Assembly: GCA_050292425.1 (NCBI GenBank) | Contig: JBNKLP010000002.1 | Span: forward strand, 561 to 64,560 | Length of the DNA: 64,000 nt | From: Candidatus Nanoarchaeia archaeon | GTDB lineage: Archaea > Nanobdellota > Nanobdellia > Woesearchaeales > UBA583 | Direction: 5' to 3' | Part shown: piece by piece, positions 63,172 to 64,000 of the stretch | Numbering within the stretch: position 1 is the first letter of the stretch | Layout of the letters: every line of letters begins with the position of its first letter | The notes under the pieces: generated by a model | What the model saw: only the letters and a program-made list of their open reading frames with translations | Database searches by the model: none | Told to the model about the DNA's origin: nothing | Translations under genes and position numbers: made by a program

Positions 63172-64000
63172 TTAAACATCTAAATCTTTCACAAACTGTG
63201 CGTTTTCAACAATGAAATTCTTACGAGGCTCAACCTTATCTCCCATAAGCATTGAAAAAGCCATATCAGCCTCAATGGCATCATCAATTGTAACCTTCTT
63301 CAAATATCTATGCTCAGGGTCAAGTGTTGTTTCCCAAAGCTGGTCAGGATTCATCTCTCCAAGACCTTTGTATCTTTGCATCTCAAACTTCTCTTCAGGA
63401 TTTTCCTTCTTGTAGTTTTCAAGTTCCATATCATTATACAAATAAATCCCATTCTTTCCTTTCTTAATTTTATACAAAGGAGGCATTGCAATGTATATAT
63501 GTCCCATTAAAATCAACTCTTTGAAATGTCTGAAAAACAAAGTCAAAAGCAGAGTTGCAATATGCGCACCATCAACATCAGCATCTGTCATAATAACTAC
63601 TTTGTGATATCTTAACTTTTCTGGCTCAAAACTATCTCCAAAACCTGTTCCAAGTGCAGTAATCAAAGTCTTGATTTCATCATTTTCCAAAATCTTAACT
63701 AAACGAGCTTTTTCAACATTCAAAATCTTTCCTTTAAGAGGCAAGATTGCTTGTGTTTCTCTAACTCTTCCTTGCTTTGCACTACCACCAGCTGAGTCTC
63801 CCTCCACAATGAACAATTCACTAACAGCAGGATCTTTTGAAGAACAATCCGCAAGCTTTCCAGGTAATGATGAAAACTCTAAAACGTTCTTTCTTCTAAC
63901 CAAATCTCTTGCTTTCTTTGCGGCTTCTCTTGCTTTTTGAGCTTGAGCTGCCTTATCAATAATTGATTGAGCTGCCTTGGGGTTTTCATCCAAATAACCA
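63172..64000 (-). CDS. gyrB: DNA gyrase subunit B, C-terminal part (continues beyond the right window edge)
   Basis: The Toprim motif is [51 protein letters not shown] and [18 protein letters not shown] are also present. The frame stays open to position 64000. Confidence 0.9.
   Translation of the reverse strand, partial: GYLDENPKAAQSIIDKAAQAQKAREAAKKARDLVRRKNVLEFSSLPGKLADCSSKDPAVSELFIVEGDSAGGSAKQGRVRETQAILPLKGKILNVEKARLVKILENDEIKTLITALGTGFGDSFEPEKLRYHKVVIMTDADVDGAHIATLLLTLFFRHFKELILMGHIYIAMPPLYKIKKGKNGIYLYNDMELENYKKENPEEKFEMQRYKGLGEMNPDQLWETTLDPEHRYLKKVTIDDAIEADMAFSMLMGDKVEPRKNFIVENAQFVKDLDV

Overview
This is a strongly AT-rich, gene-dense archaeal chromosomal window. The gene set suggests a small-genome, DPANN-like archaeon, but that assignment is an inference. 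Archaeal information-processing genes present are PAN, aIF2-alpha, RadA, RadB, family-B DNA polymerase, uL15-SecY, archaeal-type ProRS, an RNase P Rpp30-like protein, RtcB, a DUF106 insertase and a SAMP-like ubiquitin-like protein (Ubl) with an E1-like enzyme. Metabolism is sparse (ADP-forming acetyl-CoA synthetase, PRPP synthetase), and there are several large secreted or membrane-anchored proteins. I call about 65 CDS and one tRNA-Ser(CGA). A 508-aa LAGLIDADG intein interrupts a VirB11/KlbA-type secretion ATPase. I found no rRNA, CRISPR array, cas gene, integrase or transposase.

Main hunt results:
1. A ParA-type ATPase and a Lys-rich 136-aa protein sit inside a local cluster of GTTTA-N4-TAAAC palindromes. 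Two of these lie directly upstream of the two promoters and the rest lie inside polB. This is a candidate archaeal centromere/partition system.
2. Two unusually long, repeat-filled intergenic regions (24674-25227 and 33598-34085) look like iteron or origin-type DNA.
3. A divergent EAL-domain (c-di-GMP phosphodiesterase-like) protein sits in a nucleotide-kinase/MBL-hydrolase gene string, which is unusual for archaea.
4. A stand-alone C-terminal half of Hel308 appears to be a split gene.
5. A 17-19 nt G6-containing exact inverted repeat links the 3' end of the SAMP-like gene to an intergenic relic near the E1-like gene.
6. A Csa3-like CARF-wHTH regulator occurs without any CRISPR context.
7. The radA 5' leader is structured, with mutually exclusive pairings over its SD-like sequence.

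All motif coordinates were counted by hand and may be off by 1-2 nt. No database search or folding computation was possible. Product calls rest on motifs I recognise in the supplied translations.
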